Shown piece by piece: positions 12,315 to 24,830 of a DNA stretch of 64,000 nt. Every line of letters starts with the position of its first letter. Positions within the stretch are counted from its first letter, which is position 1. The notes below the pieces were generated by a model. It did no database searches. It saw nothing but the letters and a program-made list of their open reading frames with translations, and was not told the origin of the DNA. The stretch is from NCBI GenBank assembly GCA_002633005.1, contig NMRA01000061.1, positions 558,274 to 622,273 of the forward strand, written 5' to 3'. Both the position numbers and the translations under genes were made by a program. The stretch is from Phoronis australis (lineage: Eukaryota > Animalia > Phoronida).

Positions 12315-15300
12315 CTGCAAAATAACGAACAAGATGCTGATTGTATGAATCGTTGTGCTAGCCGCTCGTAATTAGTCAGTAGCAATAGTACGGTTACATC
12401 TCTACTGAGTCATGCCCATCATTGTAGTCACTGACCTACACGCAGTGTCGGATTAAATTTTTTCTTGTCCTGAGATGTCTCGGCTACCCATCCCTCCATT
12501 CCTCAGGACCCGACCTCCCTATTGACAGAAACGTTCACTCCCGGTTAAAGAATTCCCCCTCTTCTGAATGACGCAATTTGAACACATACCCATTGAAATA
12601 TGTCTGAGTTGAAAACTCAATTTTTGTGAGGGTCGCAAATTTAAATCAAATTATTCCACCTTGCCTCTGTTTGATATATTCCCGAACTCGCCTTCACTTG
12701 GACTGAATGCATTTTCATCAAGATTCTGCACTGCTATTTTTGTTTATTCTACTTTGAACTTGACTTTATTCTACCTAATTAGCTCTTGAATTCTTGTGCG
12801 ATTATTTCAACTTGTGTGACTGAACTGACTATGGACGTACTCGCTAAATATTATCATTAAAACATTTTGAAAAATAACATACTTATTATCAAAATTTTGT
12901 TGATGTTATCTTTACAGAGAAAACGTATGACTGTGCTTGTTTTTGAAAAGCCTGTAACCTCAAAACTAGTCTCATCAACACCTAGTTGTTTGCATCCATT
13001 GGCATTATTACTCAGGTATGAATGTGTTTTTCAAGGTGAATACTCGTACTCTACATTGCTGATTTATTTGTTGACGGTGCTTTACGAATATGGGATGTTG
13101 AGACTCTTAAATTTCATAGCCACCGGTTCATTTGACTATGTCTCTGATTAAAATGAGCTTCTAAATTACAACGTGTATGTGTGACGTAGGTTATATCACC
13201 CGATTGAAATACCCCTGTTAAGGGGGAACAGAGCAATCAAACGTACAAATTTTTAATCATATACAAGCCACTTCCTCATTCATAGTATCATACTCGAATC
13301 GTAGGTACAAACCATATCAAATGTATGAACAAAAACTTATGCATGTAAACCAAAGAAGAAGATACAAAAACAAAAATTAGGTGTGTGGACAAATATCACA
13401 CATATAAACATTTTCTAGTGATGGTGGTCGTCGTTGTTTTCCCAACGAGCTCAACACTAAGCAAAATGGCAACGTTAAATGTGTCTATATGAGAACTGTG
13501 TTCGTTCATGTTATTTGTATGCCTGATTTGTTCTTGTGCTTGACTTGTTAGTTCGTGTGCATGACATTTTGTTTGTACACATCATGTTGTGGTTTGTATG
13601 TATGAATGAAGTGTTCTTCCGAATGAAGCAGTGGTTTTTTCCTCTGACTTGAAGTTCTGTATGAGACTTGAAGCTCGTGCATATGACTCGAAGTTTGTCT
13701 GGTACCTTTGTGTTATAGTCGCTGACAAATGTTGAACTTAAAATAACTTTCTATGTTACTTAAATGTGATTATGGCAATGGTGTATTTTTCAATGGGCTT
13801 GAACTTTCTGGAATCAATGCTATGTCAAGTGATTCTGAGAGAACTAGTCAGTGCTCATAAATTGTATTGACAACAAATTGTTTACAAAAATAATAATAGT
13901 TTCGTAACTGGCAATTGAATATTTTTTTGTGAAATACTTTGAGCATGTAATATAATAATCTATACATATTTCCTTAAAATAAATTTTTATACATTTCTGG
14001 TATGGTCAGGAATGGTGTGCACACGTTTCTCTTCTAAGCATGACTGAATTTTGCATACTGTGTATACATACATTGTACAAATATGTGATTTGCAGAGATG
14101 TACCAAACAGGGAATGCATCAAAAAGCAGATGGGCAGCAGTTTTGTTGACCCTTTTGAGTAAGTACCACCTACTAGGTATGGTCTAATAGGTCATCCTTC
14201 GACTTGTCTTGTCATATTTGTGTTTTTAACGTGACAAGTTGGTATTCCTAACTTAGTCGAATATAGTCTGGGTAGAGTAGAATTCACCGATTGCTTTTGC
14301 ACATACATTTCTTTGCACCGAATTAGACATTTTTCTTTTTTAAGTTGATTGCTGTATAATTCAAAAGTTTATACCTGAAGACGACGTTGAAATAGTTGGG
14401 ATTTTGAGGAGTTTTTATTAGTAGTATACACAATCCATAAAATTTGTGGTTGTATTTTATTTGACATCAAGTCATTAACGTGTGCTCTGGATAGAATTTC
14501 TTGGGTCTTTTTTTCTGAGTTTTAAGTATAGAGACCATGTCGTACATGGTTCTGTTTCTTTATATCATACCTTAATAGTGGTTAGGCGGTATGTGCTGAA
14601 ATCCAATAAATACAGACTGACCTATGCTAAACAGTTTAAACAAGAGAAAATTTTGAACATTGATGAATTTCTATATTACAGATGTTTCTGATTGTCTAGC
14701 ATGCGATGACATGGACGATGACTTTAAGTGCAACATAACCATTGGGTATACATTTAAATCATGAGTTATCCAATTTTGATAAATACATGATTATTGTTCA
14801 ATTGCTGACACTGTTAATGTATAAAGTGGAACTATGTCCACTAATAGCTCGGTGTAGTTGAGAGCCTGCATGGACAGCAATGAATCTCGGGCTTAAAGCC
14901 CGCCCTGACAGGACAGAAATCCTTTCACACCAGTGACCATTAGATCCAGGCAAAATAACTAATGAAGGCATTTTGAGGCGCCATCAAACATTATATGCAT
15001 AAAACATTTGAATTCTGAACGAGCTGTATTTAACTGTTCTCCATTGTACATAATACGAGTCCTGTTACTTATTAGTTCAACTGCGTTATAGGGGCTATGT
15101 GCTGTTATGTGTCCTTTTTGATATTCTTCTGGACAAGATCATCACGCTTTCTCTTGTTGCAGACCAAAAGCTATCCTTGATGATTTGTATATTAGCGATA
15201 TCGGATTTGGAAATGAAGAGTTTGGTGGGGAGGAAGTTGTAGGAGATAGAGTCAATAGGTGCCCCGATGGAAACTATGACGACACGTTGTCCATGGGTTT

Positions 15301-16005
15301 CTGTAGTGTCCACAGGATTCATAATGCAGCTGATACACACTTCGCTGTGGACGATTTTAAACTCATTGTTTTTATGAAACTCTTCCTTTCCCTTTCAAAT
15401 CTCATCACTGTGTCTTGCAAAGAATGGCAGCGTTGTTCGTATTTCTTCTTCTGTTAAAGGCTCAGCACTCTCTTTCTACCACCTTCTCCGAAAGGTGTCG
15501 CGCTTGCTCATTTGGTCATTATAGTTTTTCTTCTCTGAAAAATAGGAGATTTTTCACCAATTGCGGAAAGGAGATATTTATCCCATCTTGTACACTAATA
15601 ATTTACTTAGCTACAAGCTCAGCTCACCAATAGAACAAACTGGAATTTTGTTCAATAGTTGATGTCACGTCTCAAGTTGTTTCGCATCATTAGACAAATT
15701 CTAGCCACATGAAAATCTGCGTAAAATGTAATGGCTTCCAATTTCCTCAAGATGTAACGTGACATAGATTGTTAAGTATAACATGTTCTGCATTTGTACA
15801 AGCATTAAATGCTTCTCTGAACTGGAGTTTTTGAAGTGTTTAGTATTTATGATAAAGTACCTGTACGTCAGCTTGACGAGATGCGTAAGCTTGCAGACCA
15901 CGATGAGCTGGGGTCACTGAGACTGGACCTGTACTAGCTGTAGCGAGTGACCTCCCTCTCCTTCCTCTATCTCCTGTTACACTTACATCTGTCCTTGTTC
16001 TCCTG

Positions 16006-16430
16006 TGACCGGTTGCATGAAACAATCCCAAATAGGGACTCAATTAAGGTCAGTAAATCTTTTTCGTATTTGTTTCGTACTTTAGAAACAGATGTAATGT
16101 TTTTCTATAATTTTATCTTTATTATGAACTCTTCTTTGACATTTTCTAATAATATAACTAAAAACTGAGCCCTTAATTCAATCAAAACAGTTAGGGACTT
16201 AGTCCTTAAATTGGGTGCGCTGCATGAAAAGATCCCTACTTATTTTCAATAATATTGAGAATGTAATCTGGAGTTCACTCTCGAATTGTATCAAAGCCAA
16301 AACTTGGCATAGTAATGATGCTCAAACAGCATAAGATAGGACAATCAGTATTTCACAAGCCCGCAAATACGCAGCAGATTTAGGGAACTTAGTTGAGTCC
16401 CTATTTGGGACTGTTTCATGCAACCGGCCA
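16006..16430. mobile_element. PIF/Harbinger-like MITE (CTG TSD)
   Basis: ~55-bp TIRs ccggttgcatgaaacaatcccaaatagggactcaa / ttgagtccctatttgggactgtttcatgcaaccgg with ctg on both flanks; copy at 33457-33881. Confidence 0.75.
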
Positions 16431-17512
16431 CTGGCTCTTCAACATACCCTATGGAAATGAACAGGCCTTTCAAATTTCACATAAAGTCTCGAAGGACATC
16501 AAAAGCCATGCCTAACATTGGATGTAATGTCCAAACCAAACCAAATGCTTCAAACAAGACTGGTAATGGGTGAAAAAATTTTGTTTGCGACTGCATTGAC
16601 GAGTTTTCAGCTCCAGTCTGTTGGTCTAAGCTCTTGTCACGTTTTACCCCATGGTTAGGTGAGCTCAGGTTGTCACTGATCGATGCTAATAGCCTTTTGA
16701 TGTAATGGTAGACTGGACACTGGTTCGAGTTAATCACTTTATTAATCTTAACTGTATGCTCACAAGTCCATTCAAACAAAACGTACAAGGTAATGTCTGT
16801 TCTATGCTCAGCCAGAGCTACAAAGCCTTGACTTGTGAATCACTTTCAGCACCTGCTACAATCGTTGGTTCAAGAACATGCTATTTTTGACCGCTGTTTT
16901 TTCCCTAACCACACCTGAACTCTTCGAAAAGTTCTGTGCAAGTGAAACTGCAACGGCTGATGTTGAAGCCAATGAATAACGCTGTGAGCTATGGCAGTAC
17001 CTCGACGTTCTGTTGTTTTCTCGTCAGGAGTGATAATTAGATGCACTGTAAACAGTACAAAAAATATTTTCTATTAATGCTCTTGTAATTTCGGATGTTT
17101 TCGCTTGGGCCAATTTGCTGGAAGTTGACGAGCAATTTATCATTCCCTTTGTGCAAAGGTGTGTAAATTGATTCTCTCCTTTTCTTTCTCACAGTTATGT
17201 TGCTCAAATGGCATGGCCTCATATTTCACGCATTATGTAACTTACTATCCTTCCATGAGATGTAAAAGTGGATGTCAGCTCAATAAAACAAGAGTTAATT
17301 GCGAACCACAAATTTGTACAAACTCCTAATTTGCTAAGTGCTTGTTATCCTAGACATTGAGAATGTGCCACATACTTTGAAGAAAAGCATTATTATTTAG
17401 GTCTGATGATGCTCAATAAAATAAAACATTTAGAATGCTGTTGGGACTGAATGTTCATCATGATGCATATTTCAAACTATAACTGTGTGAACAGTTGGTT
17501 CAATTATATATA

Positions 17513-18318
17513 CACCGGTGACCTAAAGTCGTGAATATAAGCATAATAAGCAGTTGATTGTCATACTACCCAGTGCCCGTTAGCAACTGCTCATGTGATG
17601 TCATGGACATGTATCAGCCTTCACAAATATACGTGTTTTGACAATCTTAATCCTTGTTTGTCTCCGTAAGCAGAGTTTTGAAATGGTCGCTGATATCGGC
17701 GGCCATTTTGAATGAGGCCCTAAAGTCGTGACCGTTTCGGTTAGACGGAAATACACGGAGTAAGACCTCACAAGTCAACTACAGTGCGTACAGTTACTCT
17801 AGATGACATAAAAGTGCATTGCATTGTTTATTAATTCAGTTTCAATTGAAATAAATTGTTATAAGTTTTGTACCCAACTTTGATGTGCACAGACGTTTTC
17901 AATGAGGTTGTTCACGTAAAACGCTAAGAACCCAGCATCAATTATCGCTCTGTATTTTATTGTTTTGGCCTTATAAAACTTGATCAACCCTGGGACATTT
18001 TGATACATTGTTCAAGCTACCCCTGGAGCGCGTGTTTGAGTAAATCTGAACGATAAATATTTTCGAAAATATATCCCAAAAATGCCCAAAAAAGTGAATT
18101 AGTGAAATATGCGGTTTTTAAGATACATTTGAAAAAAGAAGCCACTCACTCACTGTTTGTTATCATATTGTGAATACGAACACGTCCGGGTATTCGTTTG
18201 ACGTTCGTAAGCAGACGAACGCTGGAAACTTCAACGCCAGATGTCGCAGGACCGCGCAGAAGAGGAAATAAGATCGTTCACGACTTTAGGGCACTCACGA
18301 CTTTAGGGCCTCTGACAG
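17513..18318. mobile_element. Non-autonomous DNA transposon at a TA site, specific to unit A
   Basis: cctaaagtcgtg / cacgactttagg inverted motifs near both ends, flanked by TA; unit B has the empty site (caattatatatttaccacc, ~34851-34869). Confidence 0.75.
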
Positions 18319-21300
18319 TATTTACCACCAGTCGTTGAAACAGATGTGTCTTTGACTCATCATCATCACATTTTTCCTTGTAATGACAGTGCAAAATAGC
18401 AGATGATTGGAATTCACAGCTTTTGAGATATTAGAAGGTAAACTGTGCTTTAGGTTCCAAAGTAATCAAAATTTAGCAGAAAGTTACTCTTCCCACTTTT
18501 TAAGTTTTATTTAAAAAAATCTCTGAGTCAGTGAAACACCAGGAAATTGGTTAGAATTCCTGTAACAGTATGATTATTATGACATAGATTTAATGAAATT
18601 AAAAAGTAAGTGAAGTCATTGCAGTAGGTCAGTGAACAAAGCCATCTGGTCCCCAAAATGCACTGACTACGTGTACACCTGGCCCCAGAACTCCAAAAAG
18701 ACTGGGTCAGAATTTTTTGGCGATTTTTGGATTTCCAAACAAGAAGGCCCAATGAAGGTTTTCAGAGGAATTCAGCAGCCTGGATATTCTTCCCACCACA
18801 AACAGCTGAGGATTTAGCGAATTGCCCTTGTACTATTCGGTCATTTAGTAAACGGTGAATAAGCAGTCGTCGTGTAGTAAACAATCACCCTGAGTTACAT
18901 TGCAGTAAACACTAGACAACGCAAATCCTACGTACAGTCACTGTGCATTGAAATTTTTAGGCAAAATGTTGGTGTTCATGTTGACCATACGCCGATCGGT
19001 GAGCCAGACGATTTTCACTGACTGAACAATGAGACATGAATCCGAACGTTTTCCGTTAGAAATGCACATAACTGAAATCCTAGACAAAAGTAGATTAGGT
19101 CAGACTTGACCAAGCATAAGAACCAAATAAATCGATTACTTACTTCAGAAATGGGGCTCCTCTGAGCCAATCGAGGCGGCGATGTGCTTTCGAAATCAGC
19201 CATCACTGTTTCGATTTCAGCGACCTTTCACCTCTCTGAGGTCATCATCAGGCCATTCCCAAATAAGGCAACGCAATGCATTTTGGGACTGTAATGTCGG
19301 GCTTGACGAGCACGAAGGTGTGTCTTTTTGGTCAACATTCAAACGTAAAGAAAAATACTCCAAACTCATCTAAAACTCACCATATTTACGAAACCTACAA
19401 AAAACTTGTACGCCACGACATACAGGTTTTATACAAGATGAGTAACGTTTACTTTCTTATTGTATACTATTTTTCACGTACCAAATCACTTTAATGTTGA
19501 GTTGTCTACGTCAAAAGTTATTTTTTTGACGGAAGGCAAATTTATAACCACTTTAAGCTTTAAAATGTTTGATAAGACAAGTGCTTGCAAAATTCAGGGT
19601 TGATGGCCTTTATCTTCAGGATTAATTGTTGCTACGATATGCACGAGTTGTACACCTAGGCCCGATCCATGAAGTCGTAAATTCTATCTTATCTAATACG
19701 ATTTCAGGCTTAGCAGTATATAGAAAAGAAGTGTATCCTAAATAAGGAAGTCGTTACAGCATAGAGGTGAAGTTGACAATTTATTACTTTTCAACGCAAG
19801 AGTATCATTCAAATTGCGCCCGTTCAGTAAATTCCACTAGGATATGGAAATCTAAATCAGCCACACATCGAAACCAATGTTTGAAGTTAACCGTCTTTTG
19901 TAAATGTGCAAGAAAATAGTCTGATTATTCGAAAAGCGACATACAGGGAACCCACCACAGCATAAATGTAATGTTGGTAATTCATTAACTTCCAGCGCAA
20001 AACTATCAATCAATTTCAGTCCGTTCAGAAATTTCTAAGTCTGCCGAATGTCAAACTCAATTTCTAGGCAATTCCATGTGACGAACGTACAATCAGAGAA
20101 CATTTTAATCAACTGTGAAAAATGTTCATTCTAAGAAAATAATTAATACATCAATTGATATGTCCCATTGATAGCTTTCAAAGCGTATATTAAAGTTTCT
20201 CTTATCCTTTTATCTGACTGAGAAAATTGCCTTTACAGGGTTGTGACAGACTTACACAGAGAATTTGAAATTTCTAAAAAAAATTAATGTTAATTTTCTG
20301 TGAGTTGCCTTTAGTTACAATTTTTGTTTTATATGATGATTTAGTTTAATGTTTGCAAAGTGTAAAGCACTAATTGTTTGATGATATCTTCTACGAAATT
20401 TTTGTCAGAGATTTATGCAAGTTGAGTGTGTGCGACGGATGTACATACGGGCGTACGCTCTGAATTTCTAGTATAAAATTGTTTGTTGTGACTAAGATAT
20501 CTATTCAGAATGATTCAAACTTTTGTAGTATTTAAGCTATATTGGTTTTTTGCTACTGATTCAATGGTTTTAATCAAAATGCGCCGACTAACCTTTTGCA
20601 AGAAATCATCACTGGTAGGCCTATTAGTCTATATGCTGGGAACATACTCTAGGATTTTAACTTTTCAATACATTTGATTAAAGATAAAAAACAATCCTCT
20701 AAAACCCTCACTGCCCTTTGAATTTGGTAAGCAATATAGATGGGAATGAGAGTGATATCATTTTGTATTTGACACGTGTTGGTTACCAAGAAAACTGTTT
20801 TTGTGCGTTAAGTAGAGTACTAATTTGAAAACAATAAGCAAATGTGACTGCTAAAATATAAAATGTGAAATGAAGTTTAAAACATCACCAATCATTGTAA
20901 TAAAACCGCATTTTAATTAATTGTTTGTAATTATAACTTGCCCTAAGGTTGTACAAACTTATTCTCTGGTCCATGTCATTGATGGTTCTGATGCATGCCC
21001 ATGTACATAGCAGAGGTTATTTTTTAAAAATATTAGTAACAGGACTTCAGTATCTTCTTATAACAAAGCCTGAAGCCTGGTATGGTTGACAGTATCGAGT
21101 TATGACATTTATATTTTGATTCAAAAAACCGGTGCCGTCTTCCAGTGTAAGATCAAGACATTTTAAATTCAATGCATTTGGAATTATGATTTGGAAATTT
21201 GTAGATCTAACTGGTGAGATGCTGGTCTCATTTAGTCGTTAGTATAATTAGCTTTTCATCCAGCTCTTTAACTCATGCCTTATTTTCAATTTTAAAGAGA

Positions 21301-22274
21301 GGCTTGGAGTAATGTTACATCACAGTACGTGCAAGTCCAATGATCCACGATGGCATTTTTCGAGATTCAGAGAATATTCCAGCAGATATTTATATCACAT
21401 TATAAACTATAACTTTTCTGCAATTACTTCTGAGATTGCAAATGACCAATGCATCAAGTTTAAATCTGTAGCAACTTTAATAACTTAAGATTAAAACTGT
21501 CTTTGTAATATTTAATCGTTTCAATATTCTCATATGAGATACGTTTTATCTTCAGCAAGTTTAGGAAGTAAAAATAGACCTAAGGTTATGTTTATTGGCT
21601 GAAAAATTGTAATTTCATGAGCGTGACGGACGTACGTGACGGACGTACAAATTTGCCGTACGTCTGTCACGCAATTTATGACTTAACAAATAATCCCTGG
21701 GATCTAAAATTTTGGTCAATAGTATTGAGTAACAAGTTAGAAGAGAATCTGAAATTGCTTTAATTTTGAATTAAAACTTTTAACATAACTGAACTGTTTA
21801 GCACTTTTTTGTAACGGACGTACGGCACCATGATATCCAGGAGTTGGTCATTGACCCCAAAAGGTCAATGATGTGCCAAAGTTGAAATGTTATTTTTTAT
21901 AAAGCTTGGGCTTCGTGTGATTGCAAAAATTTGATAATATAGTGAAATACCCATAGTTGGTTTATTTATGGCAATAACTAGCAACACACATGAAAATCGA
22001 GCTAATATTTTAGGGTCATGCGACCCCAAAAAATGGGGCCATTTGGGCAAAAGATTGAAAGTTATAGGACAGTCAAACACGGATCCTGCAATTAGATAGA
22101 CAGGGCTTTCAGATGAGACCAGAAATGTTAGTATAGTCATAATTTTAATTTTTTTGTCTTGAGGTGGACCTTTTCACGGAATTGCCTTCTATAAGTTTTA
22201 AACGCGTTTTGTATAGGCGCAACAAAATAAGTTAATTATTAAAAAGCTACACTTCTCATCAAAACCCAACTTAC

Positions 22275-22317
22275 CGATGCAAGCCAAAATAATCAAACAA
22301 ACAGCAAAAGTATTCAT
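22275..22317 (-). CDS. Ly6-2 exon 1 (signal peptide MNTFAVCLIILACIG)
   Basis: ATG, 43 nt, G|gtaagt donor, hydrophobic; conserved in Ly6-3 and Ly6-4. Confidence 0.9.
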
Positions 22318-22404
22318 GATGTTTCTGTCGGTGTTTGCGTCCTCACCGTAAGAGTGTTCAGGCAGAAATAACCGACAACGCACGTTCCAGGGCTGTTTCG
22401 TTAC

Positions 22405-22455
22405 AGTTGTGTCACGTGACAGTTGTTATTGAGATACGGTGGTAAGGCAACGCCT
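22405..22455 (-). promoter_or_regulatory. Conserved proximal promoter block of Ly6-2
   Basis: Perfect palindrome TGTCACGTGACA (22410-22421) followed by gttgttattgagatac and ggtaaggcaac (X-box-like); shared with the paralogs. Confidence 0.55.
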
Positions 22456-22965
22456 AATCTTCAGGTGAGACGGATTAGACGGGACAATTGCATCGTACCA
22501 GGAAGAGATAACCATTTTGGTTATCTCTTCGTGATCGCACGTAATGAATTGAACTCAGTAAAGTCTTTTCACCAATATATTTCACAAAAGTTTATTTACC
22601 ATGGAGGATGGCAATAGCACTCGGGAAGAACAAAGTTCAAGGTGTTTGGTAAAAAATGCAATGTTCATGTGCATCCCGTGCACGCGAAGATTTTTTCAGT
22701 GTGACAATTTGAGAACATTTACGTGTGTTAATTGACATAAAACTTATTTCTAATTCGATTAGGGATTATTCGAGCAAAATATAAGTAACTACTTATGCAG
22801 ACTGCCCGAGACCATTCGAAATTTTTTGAGACTTAATTCATTATAAGCCTTTCTAAAAAATTTCGCTTTAATTCAAAATCAATGAGGAATTAGAATGATT
22901 GTCCGGAAGATGGGAGAGGAAAACAGGCCCACTAGGCTGTTCATCCTAATAAAGTTCGACTCATC

Positions 22966-23631
22966 CACAGGCGTCCTCAGCTTCTGATCGTCCCCAATAC
23001 ACTACATATAATACTACAAGGTATGACACTCCCGACTAGAAATTCCACGGGTGCTTCACTTCAGCCGTCCATAGCAAACATAAAACTCAATACATTTACA
23101 CAAAACAGGGGTTCAACAAACCATGAAGAATTGTTCTTACTCCCAATACCATTCACGGTGTCCTGTTACGGTGACTTCGTAAGAAATTCGCAGTCAAAGA
23201 ACAAAAATGTTCACAAAAAGCCCCCACACACGTCCTCCCTGGGCCGTCGAGGTCAAGGACGGTACGGAAATTGCCGGTGAGTTACGGAAGTAACGACATC
23301 GTGACTTTACGCGACAAAGCGGCAATTTCCGTACCGTCCTTGACCTCGACGAGCCCAGGGAGGACGTGTGTGGGGACTTTTTGTGAACATTTTTGTTCTT
23401 TGACTGCGAATTTCTTACGAAGTCGTCGTAACAGGACACCGTGAATGGTATTGGGAGAAAGAACAATTGTTCATGGTTTGTTGAACCCATGTTTTGTGTA
23501 AATTTATTGAGTTTTATGTTTGCTATGGACGGATGAAGTGAAGCACCTGTGGAATTTCTAGTCGGGAGTGTCATACCTTGTAGTATTATATGTAGTGTAT
23601 TGGGGATGATCAGAAGCTGAGGACGCCTGTG
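22966..23631. mobile_element. 666-bp foldback element: ~311-bp inverted arms, 43-bp spacer, 8-bp TSD GACTCATC
   Basis: Arms 22966-23276 and 23320-23631 are near-perfect reverse complements; ends CACAGG..CCTGTG; gactcatc duplicated. Unit B shows the single empty site at ~43065. Confidence 0.93.
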
Positions 23632-24399
23632 GACTCATCTAGCACTGAAGTGCAGCGCTCGATTTCTTTCCCGCATGCTAATAAAGCATAAGTACACCGC
23701 ATATAGTGCCAGTCTGTATTGACCAAGCTCGTGCATGGCACTTTACTCTGATTTCTCACTCATATCTTAACCAAAATGTGTTTATTAGTCGATATACGGA
23801 AACAAGAATTATTCCATTTGCGTTGAATAAGTTGAGTGCAATACGGCCATGTGGTTATAGGTTATAACGTCTTTGATTACACTACCGTGACTACTTTTAA
23901 CAGTGCCCTCTTTAGCCCAGACATGGAAAGTACAAAAGATAGGCCAGTGTGCACTCGACGTCGCTGGCCTGCTCGATCACCAAACTTTCCCAAATGTTTT
24001 ATAGTAATAAAGTTACAACAGTATAAATAAAACTCAACATACAATTAGATCACAAACATAACATATGATAAAAAAACATTCTTGTCTCAGTTTTATTTGC
24101 TAAAATAGCATATTGTCTGCAACCCAGGCGCCGGTTTCTCGGTAAGTATGTTAAATACACTTGTTATTTAGTTATTTTCCAAAAATGTTAAAAGTTCAAT
24201 GCACAATTTCTGTTCTTTTCATCCCTTTTATCTCTTTTCAAGTAACAATACTTTACATTTAATACCCTTTTCTTTTACTAGAGGGATGTGATCCGCCACG
24301 TGAACAGTCTGGGTGAAGTAATAATCAGCTGAAAAAATAAAAGAAACTTAAGAATGCGAAGCGTATGGGAAAAATACAAATCTGTCTCGGTCGATACGC

Positions 24400-24830
24400 G
24401 GAGTAAGGTCTCGTGGGATCTTATTTCATCCATTTGAGGTACGTTTTGTGTATGTCTCCCAAATTCATCCAGAACCACAGCGTTGCTAGTGGAAGACGCG
24501 ACATTCGGAAAATATTAGAAATGTTTTATCAGCACAGATTCTATACAATGGATTTATCGAAACCTCAGATTTTAGAATCATAACTTATTTATAGGTAACC
24601 CCGTTTTATCAAACAATCCATGATAACATTAGGTGATTGGCCCTTGGACTTTCCTGAAGCTAACTTGAATAAGGCAAGTAACGTTAGAGCTTGGGACGCT
24701 GAAGTTTACTGAGCTAAAAATCCAAACTAATTTATGCATAAACATACCTAAGTACTTAAAGTAGTAAACGAGTTCGAAGTCAGTACCGCCAAATTACCCT
24801 CATGTGAAGTTTTTTACCTTTCATTCCCTG
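24400..24830 (-). mobile_element. Degenerate non-LTR retrotransposon RT C-terminal fragment (RTEX/CR1/L2-like)
   Basis: Minus-strand YFKYLG, LFDK..LPI, IESV and SSTSNAVVLDEFGR motifs with stops. Present in all three units (also ~43860-44300 and ~58850-59280). Confidence 0.55.

Noticed and set aside
14370-14402. Hammerhead-ribozyme-like cores (ctgaagacgacgttgaaa; also ctgatgatgctcaataaaataaaac at ~17403 and ctgagtaagg..ggaaaa at ~49517)
   Set aside because: Helix II/III pairing or the GAAA box is missing; at most decayed remnants, not supportable without a covariance search.
15185-15457. Acidic plus-strand ORF shared by units A and B (..DIGFGNEEFGGEEVVGD..)
   Set aside because: Frame-disrupting differences near it between copies and no recognisable domain; the coding strand cannot be determined.
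23023-23574. Pair of near-identical opposite-strand ORFs (MTLPTRNSTGASL..) resembling a sense-antisense gene pair
   Set aside because: They are simply the two arms of the foldback element; no protein motifs.
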